From Patescibacteria group bacterium (lineage in GTDB: Bacteria; Patescibacteriota; Microgenomatia; Levybacterales; UBA12049): 64,000 nt of DNA. The stretch is from positions 12,148 to 76,147 of the forward strand of contig DATKGX010000048.1 of assembly GCA_035510555.1 (NCBI GenBank). The letters run 5' to 3'. Positions 60,571-64,000 of this stretch are shown in pieces (position 1 is the first letter of the stretch; the number at the start of each line of letters is the position of its first letter). Position numbers and translations under genes: made by a program. The notes beneath the pieces are model-generated. The model made no database searches. It worked only from the letters and a program-made list of their open reading frames with translations, and was not told the origin of the DNA.

Positions 60571-60838
60571 GAAGATTTAACTCTTTTTTGAGTTGTTCAA
60601 ATGTTACAAACCGATCATTTTTTATATCATCTTCTCCTTCTCTAATTGCATACAATAATCCTGAATCAGCCATAATTTCATTCGTTTCTTTCCAAGACTG
60701 GTATTCGGCAGCAGAAATAAGAACTGCTGCAGGTAATCCGTTTACAGTAATAATATATTCTTCTAGTTTCTTATTTGCATTTTCAACCAGAGTAGTTAAA
60801 TCTTCTCTTGCTTTTGTGATAGGTAATGTGTGTGTCAT
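60563..60838 (-). CDS. Phd/YefM-family antitoxin
   Basis: IT.AR..L..LV........IIT.NG.PAAVLIS..EY....ET; overlaps toxin start. Confidence 0.92.
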   Translation of the reverse strand: MTHTLPITKAREDLTTLVENANKKLEEYIITVNGLPAAVLISAAEYQSWKETNEIMADSGLLYAIREGEDDIKNDRFVTFEQLKKELNLHV

Positions 60839-60844
60839 AAGTAA

Positions 60845-60873
60845 ATATTACAGAATTATGTACAAATTGTCAA
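60845..60873 (-). promoter_or_regulatory. TA promoter with TGTACA operator core
   Basis: TTGACA-N17-TAATAT, 6 nt before ATG; TGTACA palindrome in the spacer, as in YefM-type operators. Confidence 0.65.
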
Positions 60874-60925
60874 TAGCTAAAAAAATGTTTAATGCGTAGG
60901 ACTTGAGTTGTGCAACAAAAATCTA

Positions 60926-61077
60926 TCAGTTTATTTTCTTGGTATAATAAGTTTCGGAGTACTTAATATTTTCTGGCGAAAATATATCATTTTTAATATT
61001 CCTTTGCTCTTGATATGAAATTATGATTTTATATATCCAAGGCAGAAAGTGTTCAAAAGAAAATGCACTAGCGGTAC
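60926..61077 (-). repeat. Right end of element 2: second copy of the att arm / recombinase tail
   Basis: Translates TAS-AFSFEHFLPWIYKIIISYQEQRNIKNDIFSPENIKYSETYYTKKIN*; ends in core CTAGCGGTAC. Confidence 0.8.
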
Positions 61078-61125
61078 AAAGTCCCATAGTTGATTTTTGA
61101 CTTAGATTCTGGTATATTTCCATTC

Positions 61126-61428
61126 ATGACTCAAGAATCAAAAGGTGGAGTTTCTCCGAACAATCAGGCATTTTCTGCGCAACAAGAAAGACGCATTGCG
61201 AATTATTTACAGGGTCGCAAGAACCGCATAAGAAAAATTAGCTATCATCAAACACTAACAGAGACCGAACAATTAACAATCCAAACATGTCCAGGATACA
61301 ATGAAGCACTAGACAGAGCCCTACTTGATACTTACCATGAAAAGAAGTGCCGAGATTGTCGCGTAGAAGTATCTGTAGAAGCAGCTATTGATAGAATAGA
61401 CATATGGGGCAAATGTCCAAAGACATAA
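61126..61428 (+). CDS. Hypothetical protein with CxxC (possible metal binding)
   Basis: ATG 61126, 7 nt after TGGTATATT; CPG..CRDC..CPK. Confidence 0.55.
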   Translation: MTQESKGGVSPNNQAFSAQQERRIANYLQGRKNRIRKISYHQTLTETEQLTIQTCPGYNEALDRALLDTYHEKKCRDCRVEVSVEAAIDRIDIWGKCPKT

Positions 61429-61646
61429 CGCTCTCCTTTAAAGGGGATAGTTTTAAATTTCAAATCTTTAACTCTTCAACTCTACTTAGATTCTAATAAC
61501 TAATGGTAGTAAGCCTTACGGTGGGAGTAATGCTTGGATTTAATATTTCTTTCCACTTCTCGAAAGAAGTACGAATTTGGCTCCTCCCATTCGCTATCGC
61601 TCAGGGATTTATCTCTGCGGAGGGAAATTCTGAAACATTAGGGGTA

Positions 61647-61826
61647 CTAAATCAATGAGTAGATGAAAGGGGCGACACCGGTTGCCTGGGCAAAGAAAAC
61701 CAACAATCCAAAAACTATTAAAAGAACTATGAACGGAATAATAAACCACATTTTTGCTTTCCACAAAAACTTAAATAAATCATTTAGCTCACCCGCCCGA
61801 GAAAATATGCCTTTAATAAATTTCAT
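61647..61826 (-). CDS. DUF5989 (SxtK-like) small membrane protein, missed by the ORF track
   Basis: Manual translation, 59 aa: MKFIKGIFSRAGELNDLFKFLWKAKMWFIIPFIVLLIVFGLLVFFAQATGVAPFIYSLI; K.W...P and APFIY.L signature; ATGA overlap. Confidence 0.85.
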   Translation of the reverse strand: MKFIKGIFSRAGELNDLFKFLWKAKMWFIIPFIVLLIVFGLLVFFAQATGVAPFIYSLI

Positions 61827-63610
61827 TTAATATCTTCTTTCCTTATTATATAATTTTCCAGAGCCAAAATATCAAGCCCCGATTTTTTGAAAGTATTCAA
61901 AGCATTCGCCGGCGAATTAACAATCGGCTCACCTTTTAAGTTAAACGAGGTATTCATTAAAACATAAACTCCGGTTCTGTCTCCAAATTTTTTGATCAGA
62001 TTATAATAGCGGGCATTTTGCTTTTTAGAAATAATTTGAAACCGGCCCGTTCCGTCAACGTGGGTTACCGCCGGAATGATTTTTCGTTTGGCTTTTTTAA
62101 CCGGGAAAACCGCCAGCATATAATTGGTAAGATATTCGTGCTCTTTACTGCCGACTTCAAAATATTCGGAGGCTTTCTCTGTCATCGTCACCGGAGCAAA
62201 CGGTCGGTAAGGTTCCCTAAATTTAATTTTTGTGTTGACGATTTCCTTCATCTCTTCTTTGCGCGGACTGGCGACAATTGAACGTGCGCCCAAAGCTCTT
62301 GGCCCCCATTCCGAACGGCCGTGAAAAAATCCGATAGCTTTATCTTGGACTAAAGTATCCACCAAAAGGCTGACTAATTTCTCCTCCGAAGTAATTTTGG
62401 TGTATTTTAGTTTTTGACTTTTGAGGAATTTTTCAATTTCTGAAGAAGTGAAATCTTCACCGAAATAACAATCGGTTTGGGTAAAAACGCGTTTCTTATT
62501 TAAAATGGCGTGATAGGCGTAAAAAGCTGCGCCCATTGAACCACCATCATCTCCGGCAGCCGGTTGGATAAAAATCCGCTTAAATGGACCTTTTGTTAAA
62601 AGAACTCCATTGGCAACTGAATTGAGGCCGACGCCCCCCGCCATACACAGATTTTCCAGTTTTGTTTCTTCGTAAAGCTTATTGACCAAATTGAGCAATA
62701 GCTCTTCGGTAAAAGCTTGAATCGAAGCGGCAATGTCGGCAAATCTTTGGTTAAGCTGGCAAATCTCGGCGTAATTTTCCGGTTTCTGTCCAAAATAACT
62801 CGGGTAGCCGGAGGTTTTGGTAAAAAAATGTAAATCTTTTGGCCGCGGTTCTCCGAATAATTCCTCGAATTTCCGGCTGTAAGATTTGGTCGAAGATTTA
62901 TGATAGCTAAAATAATCCATGTCCAGAGTAAACGAGCCGTCTTTGTAAACTTTAACCAATTTTCGCACTTTATCTAAATAAACTGGCTTGCCGTAAGGCG
63001 CCATTCCCATTACTTTGTATTCTCCATCATTAACTTCAAAGCCCAAAAAAGCGGTAAAAGCGGAATACAAAAGGCCGATGCTATGCGGAAATTTAATTTC
63101 TTTTTTGATGTGGATTTTATTACCCTCTCCGACTCCCATGGTGGTGGATGTCCACTCGCCAACTCCGTCAACGGTTAAGATGGCCGCCTTTTCAAAACCG
63201 GACGCGTAGAAAGCCGAGGCCGCATGCGAGACATGGTGTGGGACAAACAATATTTTCTTGGGGTCAAGATTTAACTCTCCAGCAAAAATCGAACGGACCC
63301 ACAATTTATCCGTTAACCAGTTGAGCATTGCTTTGGCAAATAAGAGTGATGAAAAAGGATAAGTGGCTAACGTTGATTGCAAAATTCGCTCGAATTTCCA
63401 GAACGGCTTTTCGTAAAAAACCACGTAGTCTAAATCTTTGGTTTTGATACCGGCTCTTTTTAAACAAAATTCAATTGCTAATTTTGGGAAACCGCTATCG
63501 TGCTTAATCCGACTGAATCTTTCTTCGGCCGAGGCCGCGACAACTTTTCCGTCTTTAAGTAGACAAACGGCAGATTCGTGATAAAAGCAGGAAATTCCTA
63601 AAATATACAT
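61823..63610 (-). CDS. O-carbamoyltransferase (NodU/CmcH/SxtI family)
   Basis: Start moved to ATG 63610; ILGISCFYHESA, EERFSRIKHD, HHVSHAASAF, DGVGE, GEYKVMG.APYG, E.GPRALGARSI, KFRE.YRPFAP, NTSFN. Confidence 0.95.
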   Translation of the reverse strand: MYILGISCFYHESAVCLLKDGKVVAASAEERFSRIKHDSGFPKLAIEFCLKRAGIKTKDLDYVVFYEKPFWKFERILQSTLATYPFSSLLFAKAMLNWLTDKLWVRSIFAGELNLDPKKILFVPHHVSHAASAFYASGFEKAAILTVDGVGEWTSTTMGVGEGNKIHIKKEIKFPHSIGLLYSAFTAFLGFEVNDGEYKVMGMAPYGKPVYLDKVRKLVKVYKDGSFTLDMDYFSYHKSSTKSYSRKFEELFGEPRPKDLHFFTKTSGYPSYFGQKPENYAEICQLNQRFADIAASIQAFTEELLLNLVNKLYEETKLENLCMAGGVGLNSVANGVLLTKGPFKRIFIQPAAGDDGGSMGAAFYAYHAILNKKRVFTQTDCYFGEDFTSSEIEKFLKSQKLKYTKITSEEKLVSLLVDTLVQDKAIGFFHGRSEWGPRALGARSIVASPRKEEMKEIVNTKIKFREPYRPFAPVTMTEKASEYFEVGSKEHEYLTNYMLAVFPVKKAKRKIIPAVTHVDGTGRFQIISKKQNARYYNLIKKFGDRTGVYVLMNTSFNLKGEPIVNSPANALNTFKKSGLDILALENYIIRKEDIK

Positions 63611-63846
63611 CAGTATGGTTTTTGGGCTTGAATTAAATTTTCCTCGGGGTGCTCCCAAACAGAAAAATTACTCTTCAGACTCTTGTTTTTCTTAGTTCTT
63701 AAGGGATCGGAAAATAGAGCAAATGGCAAACCCACTACCCATAAGAGAACGTAATAAAACACGGTAAAAATTACCAGTCCCTGAAAGTTACCGGCTTTTC
63801 GGGCAAATCTACGCCACTTTCCCCACAAAAACTTTAATAAATTCAT
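63610..63846 (-). CDS. SxtJ-like small membrane protein
   Basis: W..FA...G.....VI...FYY......G......DPL.....S.W.......QKPY; directly upstream of the carbamoyltransferase. Confidence 0.7.
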   Translation of the reverse strand: MNLLKFLWGKWRRFARKAGNFQGLVIFTVFYYVLLWVVGLPFALFSDPLRTKKNKSLKSNFSVWEHPEENLIQAQKPY

Positions 63847-64000
63847 TGAGTTTTGATAAACGTCCCCTGGTCCGTCTTCGTTAGCATTGGAACGATCGCA
63901 TTATACAATTTTTCCGCTACAAACTGATGAATATATTCATTGGGATGCGTATCCCATCTGTTAACTACCAAATCTGTGGCGTTTTTATTTTTTAGATATG
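63843..64000 (-). CDS. SGNH/GDSL hydrolase-like protein, C-terminal part
   Basis: Manual translation ..LVVNRWDTHPNEYIHQFVAEKLY..; DxHPN block V motif. Confidence 0.65.
   Translation of the reverse strand, partial: YLKNKNATDLVVNRWDTHPNEYIHQFVAEKLYNAIVPMLTKTDQGTFIKTQ

Larger units (their letters stand above)
60065..61077. mobile_element. ~1 kb tandem mini-element or remnant carrying a type II toxin-antitoxin pair
   Basis: Bounded by CTGGCGGTAC(TCAGTGAGA) and CTAGCGGTAC; right arm homologous to that of element 1. Confidence 0.75.

Noticed and set aside
60926-61123. ORF-track 65-aa protein as a standalone gene
   Set aside because: Its start lies outside the att core and overlaps another promoter; only the part after the core is conserved, so it is better explained as the recombinase tail
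61585-61607. REP-like hairpin TCCCATTCGCTATCGCTCAGGGA
   Set aside because: Single weak copy in the window
4911-63209. Many short ORF-track entries nested in or antisense to long genes (e.g. 26335, 29213, 31480, 41966, 46833, 60588)
   Set aside because: Shadow frames of well-supported genes, with no motifs
61647-63846. Saxitoxin biosynthesis
   Set aside because: No sxtA, sxtG or other core genes; the trio is widespread on its own

Overview
Bacterial chromosome window, probably Patescibacteria/CPR (Microgenomates-like; inferred from gene content and the many orphan genes), genetic code 11. (1) 1-40.7 kb: a near-continuous minus-strand surface-glycosylation supercluster with about 18 polytopic GT-C-type glycosyltransferases (9 ArnT/PMT-like, 4 PTPS-related, 3 YfhO, 2 other), 8 GT2, 1 GT4, a Wzx flippase and a methyltransferase. 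(2) 41.7-45.4 kb: MarR plus an EmrAB-like efflux operon. (3) tRNA-Glu(CTC) at 45502-45575 is the integration site of a ~14.5 kb element. It carries a large serine recombinase, a VirD4-like ATPase, a Replic_Relax-like protein, DUF2958, an array of small cargo genes separated by a conserved ~40 bp repeat, DUF3800 and an XRE regulator. A ~1 kb related mini-element carrying only a Phd/RelE toxin-antitoxin pair follows in tandem. (4) 61.6-64 kb: SGNH / SxtJ-like / carbamoyltransferase / DUF5989 operon. Two signals stand out. First, the att core lies inside the recombinase reading frame, and the far end of each element encodes a conserved 46-aa in-frame tail that joins the recombinase only after excision. 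Second, the cargo forms an integron-like cassette array with no integron integrase. All family calls come from motif recognition by eye, not database searches.
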